From a virus: DNA of 61,331 bases. Below, piece by piece: positions 1 to 9,197 of the stretch. Under the pieces are notes generated by a model. The model saw nothing but the letters and a program-made list of their open reading frames with translations, was not told the DNA's origin and did no database searches. The stretch covers positions 1 through 61,331 of the IMG/VR virus record IMGVR_UViG_3300045988_137383, one strand, 5' to 3'. The translations under genes and the position numbers were made by a program. Position 1 is the stretch's first letter. Each line of letters starts with the position of its first letter.

Positions 1-75
1 CTTTTTTTTTCGCAATAACGGTCACGTTTCGATTATTTCCTTCACTCAAAGAAACCAAGTCAATATGAACAGACA
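1..75. repeat. terminal direct repeat, copy 1 (assembly overlap of a circular or terminally redundant genome)
   Basis: bases 1-75 (CTTTTTTTTTCGCAATAACGG...ATGAACAGACA) are identical to 61257-61331; unit length 61,256 bp. Confidence 0.97.
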
Positions 76-433
76 CAATGACTTACAAGCCACAACCCGA
101 AAAATCCACAGCCGAAACCACAAAACAAATTCCCATTCATTATCAATAAGTTAAAACGTTATACGTTAGTTTCGTTAGCAAAAAACAACAAATACTTTCT
201 ATAATATCTTATTCTCCCCTCTTCAACATCAAAAAAGGTAACGAAAGTAACGTAAAAGAATGTTACATCCTTGTAGCCAATAAGTTAAAAAGTGGCTCGG
301 AAAAGGATTTTTTCGCCCCGCTTTCCCTGCAAGCCTATCCTCATATCGTTTTTCGATAATTACAGCAAAAAGAAAAAAAATAAAATAAAAAAAATATAGG
401 GGGACAGGGTGGCCGCTCGTCGGCCCGGCCTTG

Positions 434-443
434 CCCCCCCCCC
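434..443. repeat. C10 homopolymer tract in a GC-rich imperfect hairpin
   Basis: ttgCCCCCCCCCCtggggg embedded in otherwise AT-rich non-coding DNA. Confidence 0.9.
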
Positions 444-487
444 TGGGGGCTTCTGGATCCGGATTTTTCCACAAGATCCGTAAAATA

Positions 488-514
488 GTAACACACCCTT
501 GTAAGGTGTGTTAC
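488..514. terminator. bidirectional intrinsic-terminator-like hairpin
   Basis: GTAACACACC-cttgtaa-GGTGTGTTAC, perfect 10-bp stem with T-rich flanks on both strands; downstream of minus-strand gene 628-1299. Confidence 0.6.
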
Positions 515-627
515 ACTTTTTGCAACTCGCTATAAATCAATATATTACAAAGAGCATATAAACTTTATGTGTTTTGTTTAATGTGCTGATAATCAGGATA
601 TTAAACTTTTGTTTATATTCCTGAATG

Positions 628-1299
628 TCAATCGCTTTCGATTTCAACTTTCGCTTTGCGGTATAATTCGCAATCTCGGCACTGCAAAGGAGTATAAAAG
701 CGTTGTATTTCGCCGTTCTTGCCGTTCTCAGCCTCTTTCATCCTCTGAAGGTCTGATAACATCTTCAGCACGTCGAGCCTCGTTTTGCCGTCCTTTATCC
801 GGTTGGCCTCGGCATTCAGGAAATTAAGAAATTGCTCCCTGTCTCTGAAATCAACCTCCAGCGGCTGCAAAAAGTCTATGCTGCCGGCCTTGCTGTTATC
901 GCTTTCGCCTGTTGCGTCCAGTGCTCCAGATCTTAGGGCGGTGCTGGTGCTTTCATTCTGGTTGTCGCTTTCATTCAGCCTTTCCCAGAGGCTGCAAATT
1001 TCATCCTTGGATTTATTACGGAGAAAATCCGCTATAGCTTTATTTTCGCGATCTCTGAAAATTTTGTCAATGCGTTCAGCTTCTTCTTGATGGTATTTTT
1101 TCACGGCGGATCTGGATTTCCAGGAAACCGATTGCGAACTTCCACGATTTTTGACTTGAATTTTTGTTGCTCCATTTCTGGAGAGCAAGAAAATTTTATC
1201 CCAGTCCTCCGCCGTTTGGTCGCGTCCGTTAAATATTGCCGCCGTTATGATCGCTTTCTCGCGTTCTGTGATCTCTCGCTCTCTGCCAAGTGCTGCCAT
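628..1299 (-). CDS. hypothetical protein, 223 aa, highly charged
   Basis: ATG-initiated ORF; TATCTTTG box about 32 nt upstream; terminator hairpin downstream. Confidence 0.7.
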   Translation of the reverse strand: MAALGREREITEREKAIITAAIFNGRDQTAEDWDKIFLLSRNGATKIQVKNRGSSQSVSWKSRSAVKKYHQEEAERIDKIFRDRENKAIADFLRNKSKDEICSLWERLNESDNQNESTSTALRSGALDATGESDNSKAGSIDFLQPLEVDFRDREQFLNFLNAEANRIKDGKTRLDVLKMLSDLQRMKEAENGKNGEIQRFYTPLQCRDCELYRKAKVEIESD

Positions 1300-1330
1300 G
1301 TTTTTGCTGTTGTTTGTTTTTTTGTAATTG

Positions 1331-1338
1331 CAAAGATA
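1331..1338 (-). promoter_or_regulatory. Bacteroidota-type -7 promoter box (TAnnTTTG) for gene 628-1299
   Basis: minus strand reads TATCTTTG, 32 nt upstream of the ATG at 1299. Confidence 0.45.
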
Positions 1339-1348
1339 CGAAAATTGT

Positions 1349-1404
1349 GGAGAACCGGAGAACTGGAGAACCGGAGAACTGGAGAACTGGAGAACTGGAG
1401 AAAA
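1349..1404. repeat. 7 tandem copies of an 8-bp unit GGAGAAC(C/T)
   Basis: GGAGAACC GGAGAACT GGAGAACC GGAGAACT GGAGAACT GGAGAACT GGAGAAAA, lying between two divergent promoter boxes. Confidence 0.95.
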
Positions 1405-1451
1405 TAGTGTAAATAATTGAAACTAATTTCGTTAGTTCTTGTTTATTCCAA

Positions 1452-1459
1452 AAAAAAGA
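1452..1459 (+). promoter_or_regulatory. Bacteroidota-type -7 promoter box for gene 1558-1914
   Basis: TATATTTG matches TAnnTTTG. Confidence 0.45.
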
Positions 1460-1557
1460 GTTATATTTGTAACTGTTAAGAGGAAGGGAGATGACAAGGG
1501 AAAGCCCCGGGCCTGCATCTCTCGACGTTAATCCGGGGCAACCAAAAATTTTGTAGT

Positions 1558-1914
1558 ATGGCAAAGGTAGTAAATAATCCAACAATCAGCAAGGCCACTA
1601 TATTCGTAGGCCTGAACGACAAAGAAAGCAAGCTCCAGGAGATCTCCACGCTTGACGCGGCGAAGTTCATCCAGCGCGAGATCGTCAAGGAGTTCGAGGG
1701 CGGCACGATAAGCGAGGCCACCGGGATTTACCGGCACCAGGACGGCACGGGCTTCGTGGTGGAGAATACTCTCAAAGTGGAAATCCTTTTCTTTGGAGCC
1801 TCCAGGGATCAAGCCCGTGAAGCTGTCATCCCGTTCATCAACCGGGTAAAGATTTTCCTGAACCAGGAAACCGTTGCCCTCCAGCTTGAGGAGATAGAGA
1901 GCGAACTGATCTAA
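1558..1914 (+). CDS. hypothetical protein, 118 aa
   Basis: ATG ORF, GC3-rich, first gene of a co-directional cluster. Confidence 0.75.
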   Translation: MAKVVNNPTISKATIFVGLNDKESKLQEISTLDAAKFIQREIVKEFEGGTISEATGIYRHQDGTGFVVENTLKVEILFFGASRDQAREAVIPFINRVKIFLNQETVALQLEEIESELI

Positions 1915-1951
1915 GTGTAACCGGGCCGCTTCCGGGCGGCCCCTCAATCAA

Positions 1952-2239
1952 ATGAACGATATGGAAAAGAAATATATAATCGGTATTTGGTGTGGTTGCG
2001 GCTACCTCCTTGACACGTTCGCGGTTTCGGCCTCCTGCGAGGAAGAAGCCCTTGAGATCCTTCTGTCGAAGTTGGAGAAAGACAATCGGACGGATTTGTA
2101 TTTGACCGATGAGGAGTTGGGCGACGACTTTGACGAGGAAACGGATGAAAGCTATATTTACATAGATCCGACAATGAGCGACCCGAACGCTTTCCCGGCT
2201 TACATCCGGGCGGAGAATCTCAAAATCGTGGCGGCCTGA
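1952..2239 (+). CDS. hypothetical acidic protein, 95 aa
   Basis: ATG ORF, co-directional and tightly spaced. Confidence 0.7.
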   Translation: MNDMEKKYIIGIWCGCGYLLDTFAVSASCEEEALEILLSKLEKDNRTDLYLTDEELGDDFDEETDESYIYIDPTMSDPNAFPAYIRAENLKIVAA

Positions 2240-2300
2240 TGAAATTCGCCGCACTCAGACAGAGCAAAGAGGGTGGCCATTAACTAAAAACCGAATAAAA

Positions 2301-2582
2301 ATGATACGAAAAAGACACATAAAGAGGCTTTCGGAGATCGAAAGCGACGAGACACGCCAATATATGATATTTGAGCGCAAGCCGGGCAACCGCCAGTATA
2401 AGTTTATAGGCGGTAACATGATGACAGGCCACGAGGCTATGAACTTTTTTTGTATTTCAGCCTACAACGTGGAACGGGCCGCGGCTGACTACCAGGACGC
2501 CGGGGTCGAATTTGACGGCGGCAAGGCCTACCAGATCAGGAAGGCGGGGCGCGGCGTTGTGGTCGAATATCGCCACAAATAA
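2301..2582 (+). CDS. hypothetical protein, 93 aa
   Basis: ATG ORF, co-directional. Confidence 0.7.
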   Translation: MIRKRHIKRLSEIESDETRQYMIFERKPGNRQYKFIGGNMMTGHEAMNFFCISAYNVERAAADYQDAGVEFDGGKAYQIRKAGRGVVVEYRHK

Positions 2583-2617
2583 AGAGACGGAACGGTAACA
2601 ACTAAACGGATAAAGAA

Positions 2618-3613
2618 ATGATACAGATGATAAACTACAGCGAAAGGGCGATAGCCCTGACGGGTGACACGAAAGAGTATAAGGCCGAATTGAAGGCCGC
2701 GGGCGGCAGCTTCAACGCGCGTTTGAGCTGCGGGGCGGGCTGGATATTCTCCAAGAGGAGGGAGGCCGAACTGGTCGCGCTTGTGGCGCGGCTGAACGGC
2801 TTGAACGGCCTGGACGGAACGGACGGCGGCAAGGCCGGAGATCAGGCCGGCAGAGCCCCGGAGGGGGCCGCGGTCTATGTCGGTACTTACGCCAAATATA
2901 ACGCCGGCAGCCTTGCCGGGAAGTGGATGAGGCTGAACGACTACAAGGACAAGGCGGATTTCATCAAGGCCTGCAACGAGTTGCACAAGGACGAGGAGGA
3001 CCCCGAATTGATGTTTCAGGACTGGGAGTACGTGCCAAGCTGGATGATCACCGATTCATCAATAGACGAAGCCGTATGGGGCTATAAGGAGCCGGAGGAG
3101 CCGAGGGCGAGGCAGACAAAGGCCGAGATCGAGGCTATATTGAAGGCTAACAATATAGATTACCCGGCGGCGAAGGACGTGGCGGCGGTGGTCGAGGCCG
3201 GGGGCCGTCTCTTCATCTTCGGGAAGCAGGAGATCAAAACAAAATTCTGCCACCCTGACGAGCCGGAGGACGAGGTGAAGGCGTGGTGGAAGGTCTGCAA
3301 GACGTGGGAGTATTTCCGCCGTGAGAATATGGAGGCGTTCGAGAACGAGTTCCGCGCGTCCGATCTGGTTGAGAATGCGGAGTCCCTCACCGTTTACCGG
3401 GCGTATGACGGCGAAAATAGATGGCGGTGGACCGACAGGCCGGAGAACCTCTGGAAAGGCACGGAGAACGCGCCTATGGACGCGGAGACCCGCCGTAAGT
3501 TGATCGAGGCCTACAAGGAGGTGCGGGCGGCCTTTGACAAGAGGCTGGCGGCCTGGTGGAAACGCTACGGGGCGGATCGCCTCCATTGCTGGACATACTG
3601 GCGGGACGCGTAG
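2618..3613 (+). CDS. ardA: ArdA-like antirestriction protein with an extra N-terminal domain
   Basis: VYVGTYAKYNAGSLAGKWMRLNDY...HKDEEDPELMFQDWEY resembles the ArdA N-terminal signature (VY..L..YN.G.L.G.W...E..I.D.E); recognised by eye only. Confidence 0.55.
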   Translation: MIQMINYSERAIALTGDTKEYKAELKAAGGSFNARLSCGAGWIFSKRREAELVALVARLNGLNGLDGTDGGKAGDQAGRAPEGAAVYVGTYAKYNAGSLAGKWMRLNDYKDKADFIKACNELHKDEEDPELMFQDWEYVPSWMITDSSIDEAVWGYKEPEEPRARQTKAEIEAILKANNIDYPAAKDVAAVVEAGGRLFIFGKQEIKTKFCHPDEPEDEVKAWWKVCKTWEYFRRENMEAFENEFRASDLVENAESLTVYRAYDGENRWRWTDRPENLWKGTENAPMDAETRRKLIEAYKEVRAAFDKRLAAWWKRYGADRLHCWTYWRDA

Positions 3614-3673
3614 GCCGCCCGCCCTTGCAGTAGATCGTAATTCATTATCAACCATAAATTAAAAATCATCATT

Positions 3674-3937
3674 ATGTTTGCAGTAAAATTTGAGAGGGAC
3701 GGGCAGAACATCAAGAGGTATTACAACCATGAGGTATTCACCGACTCAAGGCACGAGACGAGGGAGGAGGCCGAGAAGGTAGTCCGGGGCTATTACCGGG
3801 ACTTCGTGAACGACGGCCCCGACGGGCGCACACGGATAGAGGGAACGGACACCGATTTCACGGTGATTACGGACAACCCCGCCGCGAGGATAACGGGGAC
3901 GCTTCATTTTTACATCGAGGAGGAGGGGAACGACTGA
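3674..3937 (+). CDS. hypothetical protein, 87 aa
   Basis: ATG ORF. Confidence 0.7.
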   Translation: MFAVKFERDGQNIKRYYNHEVFTDSRHETREEAEKVVRGYYRDFVNDGPDGRTRIEGTDTDFTVITDNPAARITGTLHFYIEEEGND

Positions 3938-4060
3938 TCCTCCATCACAGCCCCGGCCGGAGGACGGGAACGGCGGGCGACACGCCGCCGGGGCTCCATA
4001 ATTTAAGTTTAATTTTTTTAGAACCCGGTGCCGCGCCGGGTGAACAAGGGCGGAAAGGTT

Positions 4061-4609
4061 ATGAATGCTTACGAAAAATTCGACAACTATCTTTTCGAGA
4101 CCGGCAACGGCTTCGAGATCATCGAGACAACATCCAGCCGCTCCGGCTACCCCGAGGGCCTCAAATGGGCTTTAACGGGCTTCGAGGACTGGGGCGAGGC
4201 CGCAATGGCCGCCAAGGACTTGGGCGGCGAGATCATCAGCCTCCGCCGCCGTGACGGGCAACAGCTCTGGAGCCGCGACGGCAAGGCCTTCGAGCCGTAC
4301 ACACGCACGCCGGAGAGCGATGACGAGGAAATCTGGCCGGGCGGAAAGCAGTCCGCCCGTGAGTACTGGGACAGCGAGAGCGTCGCCCTGGCAGATGCCC
4401 TCCAGCGCGGAGATCTTGACGCTGAGGGTTTGGCGGCCTGGTCCGGCAAGATCAGCAGGGCCAGCGAGGAGATAGCCGACGCGGACGAGGAGCAGGGCGT
4501 GATAACCCGCCGCGGCGAGTTCGTGGAGGTCATCGACCTCCGGCCAATGTCCTACCACGACGGCGACGTTACCGCCTACCAAATAGCCGTAATCATAGAG
4601 AGCCGTTAA
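4061..4609 (+). CDS. hypothetical acidic protein, 182 aa
   Basis: the track ORF starts at GTG 4028; the first ATG is at 4061 (MNAYEKF). Confidence 0.7.
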   Translation: MNAYEKFDNYLFETGNGFEIIETTSSRSGYPEGLKWALTGFEDWGEAAMAAKDLGGEIISLRRRDGQQLWSRDGKAFEPYTRTPESDDEEIWPGGKQSAREYWDSESVALADALQRGDLDAEGLAAWSGKISRASEEIADADEEQGVITRRGEFVEVIDLRPMSYHDGDVTAYQIAVIIESR

Positions 4610-4611
4610 CT

Positions 4612-4728
4612 ATGTGGATAGCCGACATATTGGTAGCCCTTCTGGGCCTTTACGGGGTCTTCGGCATCGCCGCCGGCATCTGGGGCATAAGGCACAGGCG
4701 CGGCGATGGCAACGGCGGGAACGCCTGA
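4612..4728 (+). CDS. small single-pass membrane peptide, 38 aa (MWIADILVALLGLYGVFGIAAGIWGIRHRR...)
   Basis: ATG 3 nt after the upstream stop; hydrophobic helix followed by a basic tail; below the track cutoff. Confidence 0.35.
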   Translation: MWIADILVALLGLYGVFGIAAGIWGIRHRRGDGNGGNA

Positions 4729-4812
4729 ACGAGTTGAACGAGGTGGCGGCGGTTGAACGACCAGACCGCCGCCGAAAAAACAGGCTGCGCCAACGGCCAC
4801 ACGGGCAATTAT

Positions 4813-5664
4813 ATGTACAATCTTTTCGAGTGTGTGCGGAGGCACGCTGGCACCAAGGCGGCGGGTACCCTCCGCTATATGGACGAGGTCCATATTTCCG
4901 ACTGGTCGGACCTGACGAGGGCGCGGCTGAACGAATTCCGGGAGGCGGCTGAACGAGATGTATGCGCGAGCACCGCGCGGGGCTACCTGACGCAGATCCG
5001 CGCAATCATAACGCGCTACCGTGACGAGGATGGCGTAAACGTCCCGATCAGTCAGGAGGCTATGAAAGAGCTGTGGAAGCGCGTCCGGCCTGACGACACG
5101 GTAAAGATAGCCCTGACGCGGAAGGAGCTGGACGCCGTGGAGGCGGTCAGGGTGCGGACGCTTGACACGGAGATAGCCCGGCGGGTCTTCATCGTCGGGG
5201 CATACACGGGGATGAGACTTTCGGACATCCTGACGGTCAGGCTGTCAAATATCAAGGGCGACGCGCTCACATACGTGTCGAAGAAGACCGGCACGGCGGC
5301 GACTGTGCCGCTGCGCCCGGCTGTCAGGGAGCACATCGAATGGCTCCAGGCGAGGGCGGAGGAGGCGCGGGGCCTCAGTCGAACGACCCTGAACCGGTCG
5401 ATCAAGGCGGTGGCGGCAAGGGCCGGGCTGAACGACCTGGTAACAGTGACGCGCGGCGGCGTGACCAAGGAGGGCGAGAAGTGGCAGTTCGTGACGATGC
5501 ACACCGCCCGCGTGACCTTCTGCACGAATATGGCGAAGCTGGGGGTATCCGTCTTCGACATAGCCAAGATGGCGGGCCACCACGGGATAAGGCAGACCCT
5601 GAAATATATCGTCGATTCGGAGCCGGAGCTGACGGCGCGGCAGCTGGCCTATTTCCGTGATTAG
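4813..5664 (+). CDS. tyrosine recombinase (short, Xer-like, no arm-binding domain)
   Basis: catalytic boxes AYTGMRLSDIL, MHTARVTF (HxxR) and GHHGIRQTLKYI (His...Tyr); the track start 4753 is TTG, the first ATG is 4813. Confidence 0.85.
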   Translation: MYNLFECVRRHAGTKAAGTLRYMDEVHISDWSDLTRARLNEFREAAERDVCASTARGYLTQIRAIITRYRDEDGVNVPISQEAMKELWKRVRPDDTVKIALTRKELDAVEAVRVRTLDTEIARRVFIVGAYTGMRLSDILTVRLSNIKGDALTYVSKKTGTAATVPLRPAVREHIEWLQARAEEARGLSRTTLNRSIKAVAARAGLNDLVTVTRGGVTKEGEKWQFVTMHTARVTFCTNMAKLGVSVFDIAKMAGHHGIRQTLKYIVDSEPELTARQLAYFRD

Positions 5665-5809
5665 GCCGAACGACCTGAACGACCCGAACGAGGTGACGGC
5701 TGGCATTCCGGCTGAACGGCCAAGGCTGGGCGAACGACCTGGCGGCGGGTCTTGTAATCTCTTGCCACTCGGCGCCAAGGATAGGGCAAAAAAACGGGGG
5801 AAAATTGAA

Positions 5810-5833
5810 TTTTCTTGCCACTTTTCTTGCCAC
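5810..5833. repeat. two tandem copies of the 12-bp unit TTTTCTTGCCAC
   Basis: same dimer recurs at 5994-6017; partial copy at 5760-5768; inverted copy at 6023-6030. Confidence 0.9.
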
Positions 5834-5993
5834 TTTTGTTTAAGTAGCTGAATGTCAAAGGGGATAAAAGCCCGGCTTTGGGCACTGTTTTATCAAAAAT
5901 CAAAGTGTTGATAATCAAGGTTTTTACTGATTATCAGACGATTGAAGAAAGAGGAAATTACTCAAATTTTCGAGTTTTTTCCTCTTTTTTGCG

Positions 5994-6017
5994 TTTTCTT
6001 GCCACTTTTCTTGCCAC
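5994..6017. repeat. two tandem copies of TTTTCTTGCCAC (second pair)
   Basis: identical to 5810-5833. Confidence 0.9.
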
Positions 6018-6044
6018 CCGGCTGGCAAGATTTCCGTTCTTTTT
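6009..6044 (+). terminator. intrinsic-terminator-like hairpin built from the last repeat copy and its inverted copy
   Basis: TCTTGCCA-cccggc-TGGCAAGA followed by tttccgttcttttt. Confidence 0.5.
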
Positions 6045-6082
6045 GCCTATATTTCGGAAGCGAAAGTAAAAGTATTTGAACC

Positions 6083-7234
6083 ATGACTGTGAATTTTAAT
6101 CTTGCGAGGCCGGCGGCGGACGTCTCCCCGATCCGGCTGGTGATAACCCACAGGGGCAAGGTGTACCGCAAATCCATAGGCCTGAGCGTCCGGACGGCGA
6201 GGTGGAACGCCCGGCGGCAGCTGTCCGGCGACCTGGCGGCGGACAGGCGGCTGAACGAGATACGTTCGGGCTTCGAGGAGAGGCTGGACGCGCTCTCCAC
6301 CGACGCGGAGGTCAGGGCGGCCATCGCCGCCGTGCTTGGTGTTCCGGAGAAGGAGGAGGGCGGCGGCGCGCCGGGAATGTGGGAGTGGCTGGAGAGGTGG
6401 AGCCGGAGGCCGTGCGCCTCCATGCGCTTCCGCAGGGTGTCGGTCGAGAAGGCGCGGCGTCTGATGGAGCGCGACGGCGGCAGGTGGGAGGACGTGGACA
6501 GGGCGTGGGCGTGGCGGCTGTCCGAGCGGCTTGACGCGGAGGGGGTGTCGGCCAATTACAAGGCGAGCGTGACGGCGAGGCTCCGGACGGGGATGAAGGC
6601 GGCCTACGACTCGGGGGAGACCTCCTGCCAGGCCTACAGGGAGCTGCATCTCAAATGGGTCACCGCCGACACCACCTACCTGACGCGTGACGAGGTGGAC
6701 ACCCTCTGGGGCGCGCCCCTTGAAGGCCGGGACGCGATGGCGAGGGATCTCTTTATTTTGGGCGTGTACACGGCGGCGAGGTTCCAGAACTACTCCGCCC
6801 TGACCGAGGACAACATCCACGACGGCCTGATCGAGTTCGTGCAGCCGAAGACGGGCGGGCGCGTGCTGCTGCCCGTGTCCCCGAGGGTGTCGGAGGTGCT
6901 GGCGAGGCACGGGGGCGCGGCCCCGAAAATGGCGCAGCAGGAGCTCAACCGGAGGATCAAGGAGATATGCCGGGGGCTTGGGATGGACGGGCGCGTGGAG
7001 GTGGTGTCCAAGAGGGGCGGGCGCACCGAGGTCACGGGGCGGATGAAGTGGGAGATGGTGTCGGCGCACACGGCGAGGCGCACCGGGGCGACCCTGCTCT
7101 ACCTGTCAGGTGTCCCGACGCGCCAGTGCATGATGCTGACCGGCCACACGACCGAGGAGAACTTCCGCAAGTACATCCGCGTCACCAAGGAGGAGAACGC
7201 CCGGATGCTTGCGGACAACCCGTTCTTCAAGTGA
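6083..7234 (+). CDS. int: phage integrase (tyrosine recombinase with N-terminal arm-type DNA-binding domain)
   Basis: SAHTARRTGATLLY (HxxR) and LTGHTTEENFRKYIRV (His...Tyr); the N-terminus VNFNLARP...IRLVITHRGKVYRKSIGL is typical of Bacteroidota integrases. Confidence 0.9.
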   Translation: MTVNFNLARPAADVSPIRLVITHRGKVYRKSIGLSVRTARWNARRQLSGDLAADRRLNEIRSGFEERLDALSTDAEVRAAIAAVLGVPEKEEGGGAPGMWEWLERWSRRPCASMRFRRVSVEKARRLMERDGGRWEDVDRAWAWRLSERLDAEGVSANYKASVTARLRTGMKAAYDSGETSCQAYRELHLKWVTADTTYLTRDEVDTLWGAPLEGRDAMARDLFILGVYTAARFQNYSALTEDNIHDGLIEFVQPKTGGRVLLPVSPRVSEVLARHGGAAPKMAQQELNRRIKEICRGLGMDGRVEVVSKRGGRTEVTGRMKWEMVSAHTARRTGATLLYLSGVPTRQCMMLTGHTTEENFRKYIRVTKEENARMLADNPFFK

Positions 7235-7243
7235 CGGGCTACA

Positions 7244-7627
7244 CTATTTCCGGCAATCAATAGTTACAGTGCCGCCATTGTTGAGGAACACATCGTTCAC
7301 CTTGCGCTCGTTCTTGTAATGGATTTCAAGCTCCGCTTGCACCTGTGAATATGTGATGTCAGAAGCCAACGCCTTCTTTTTGACAATGATCAGACGCCCT
7401 ATGGGTGTGACTGTGAACCTCCCGTCGCTGGTGTCGGTTGCCTTCTTGCCGAAGGCGTCGTACCTCTCATAGACGGTATCAAGCATGCCAATGAAATGGT
7501 CGGTCTCTGCAAAGAGTGCGGAAAATGGCTGGGGGACCGTGTCCTCCTTGCCGCACGATGCGACCGCAAGCGCAATACCACATAGCAACAATAATGTTGA
7601 TATGCAGCGTGATATATGTCTCTTCAT
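7244..7627 (-). CDS. lipoprotein, 127 aa (moron)
   Basis: signal peptide with lipobox LAVASC|G; lower G+C than its neighbours by eye. Confidence 0.75.
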   Translation of the reverse strand: MKRHISRCISTLLLLCGIALAVASCGKEDTVPQPFSALFAETDHFIGMLDTVYERYDAFGKKATDTSDGRFTVTPIGRLIIVKKKALASDITYSQVQAELEIHYKNERKVNDVFLNNGGTVTIDCRK

Positions 7628-7649
7628 CTTGTTTTTTATTTAAGGTTCG

Positions 7650-8330
7650 TCATCTGTCACTATCGTAGCGGGAGGAGACGGTGTACGGCACATAAAAGCG
7701 GTACGGGGCCGCGAACTTGCCGACCTTGACCGTCACAGGGTCCGCTCTTTTGTTGCAAGGATCCTTGACCGTCACGCTCTCACTGGTGAATGACACAGGG
7801 GCGTTGAACAGAGAGCTGAGGTAGAAGTCCCCCTGCACCGATCTGGCGAGCTCGCCGCCGTCCGTGAGCCTGACGCGCACCGAGAACACGAGCGGGCTGT
7901 CCTTCTGGTCGAAGTTCAAGTCCCCGCCCTTCCTGTAAGAGGGGTTGCGGGCGTAGCCGCATTTGCGGTAAGGCGACTCCATAAGTTCGGGACCGCGCAG
8001 AGCGCGCCTGCATCCGGCCGGCACCCAGATGAGATTGTCGGCTGACGTGGACTCCGCCCGGTAGTCCTCCGTGAACCCGTTGGCCACGAGGAACGTCCTT
8101 GACAGGTCAACGGCCACGTCCTCGCCCGTCTTGTTGTCTATCACGATGTCCGCCCTGCCGAACGAGGACCAGAAGTCGAACGACACCTCCACGCCCCCGG
8201 ACTCCACGCGGTGGATCCCGTCATCCGGTATGTCGCCGCGACTGTCGGAGACGGTCGCTATCTGTTGGAACGATGTGGCGCAGGAACACGCCAACGCGGC
8301 CAAGGCCGCGAGTGCAAGAATCTTTCTCAT
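7650..8330 (-). CDS. lipoprotein, 226 aa
   Basis: MRKILALAALAALACSC lipobox signal peptide. Confidence 0.8.
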   Translation of the reverse strand: MRKILALAALAALACSCATSFQQIATVSDSRGDIPDDGIHRVESGGVEVSFDFWSSFGRADIVIDNKTGEDVAVDLSRTFLVANGFTEDYRAESTSADNLIWVPAGCRRALRGPELMESPYRKCGYARNPSYRKGGDLNFDQKDSPLVFSVRVRLTDGGELARSVQGDFYLSSLFNAPVSFTSESVTVKDPCNKRADPVTVKVGKFAAPYRFYVPYTVSSRYDSDR

Positions 8331-8348
8331 ACGTTTATTTTGATAATG

Positions 8349-9197
8349 TTACTTGTTCTCCGCAATTTCGGCGAGTTCGGGGTGCCGCTCCAGATACGCG
8401 TCCCGGAGGCCGATGCTCATGAGCCTTATAAGAAGTCCCATGGTCAAGTCCACCTCCACCGCCTTGCCGTCATCTCCGGTCTTCCTCACGCGGCTCGGGC
8501 ACGAATACAGGTAGTTCTTTACCGGGACGAACATAGGCCTGTGGATGTTCGACACAAGCACCTCGAAGGCGCGATCCTCCACGTCATACGCGGTCTCGGG
8601 GGATTTCTTCTCCATCTCTGACAAGAGGGCAGGCAGGTTGTCCTCCAACGCCTTCCTCGCCCCCGTCTCCTCGAATATCTCCAGCCCCGCCCTGTTCATC
8701 CGTCTCGGGCTGTGCTTCGGGGCGATCGTGTCGATCGTGCTTCCGTCGAACTTCATGAGCCACTTGCATACCTCGTCGAAGCGCTCGGACATGGCCATAA
8801 AGGATCTCTCGAAAGACAGTAGCCCTCCTATGTCCTTCCCGTGCTGCTCGCACGGGAGCCTGTCTATCCTCTCGCTCATCTTCGCGTCGCGTCTGTCGAG
8901 GTCCGCCTTGTCTGCCTTCTCCGCAAGCTTGGACTCGTGCGCCGCGCACGGCAGCGACTCTATCCTCTCGTTAAGCCTTGTCTCCTGCTCGGCGCATGAC
9001 GGCTTGTCCGCCTTTCCGGCGAGGCTCGCCTCGTGTTCCTCGCAAGGAAGGGCCTTCACCTTACTGTTTATCACCTCCTGCCTGGAGTACCACCGGCAAA
9101 CCATCCAGACCGCAAAGGCGGTGGCCACGACCGCGACAAACAGCGCGGCGAGCCACGGAGCGTTCTCCAGCAGGTATGTCGTTATCGATCCTCCCAT
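8349..9197 (-). CDS. N-terminally membrane-anchored protein with three LPCxxH...KADK repeats
   Basis: TM helix WLAALFVAVVATAFAVWMV; repeats LPCEEHEASLAGKADK, LPCAAHESKLAEKADK and LPCEQHGKDIG. Confidence 0.75.
   Translation of the reverse strand: MGGSITTYLLENAPWLAALFVAVVATAFAVWMVCRWYSRQEVINSKVKALPCEEHEASLAGKADKPSCAEQETRLNERIESLPCAAHESKLAEKADKADLDRRDAKMSERIDRLPCEQHGKDIGGLLSFERSFMAMSERFDEVCKWLMKFDGSTIDTIAPKHSPRRMNRAGLEIFEETGARKALEDNLPALLSEMEKKSPETAYDVEDRAFEVLVSNIHRPMFVPVKNYLYSCPSRVRKTGDDGKAVEVDLTMGLLIRLMSIGLRDAYLERHPELAEIAENK

Noticed and set aside
229-474. An 81-aa minus-strand ORF in the non-coding region
   Set aside because: It is a low-complexity translation of poly-A/T and poly-C tracts (FFYFIFFLF, RGGGK), with no start context.
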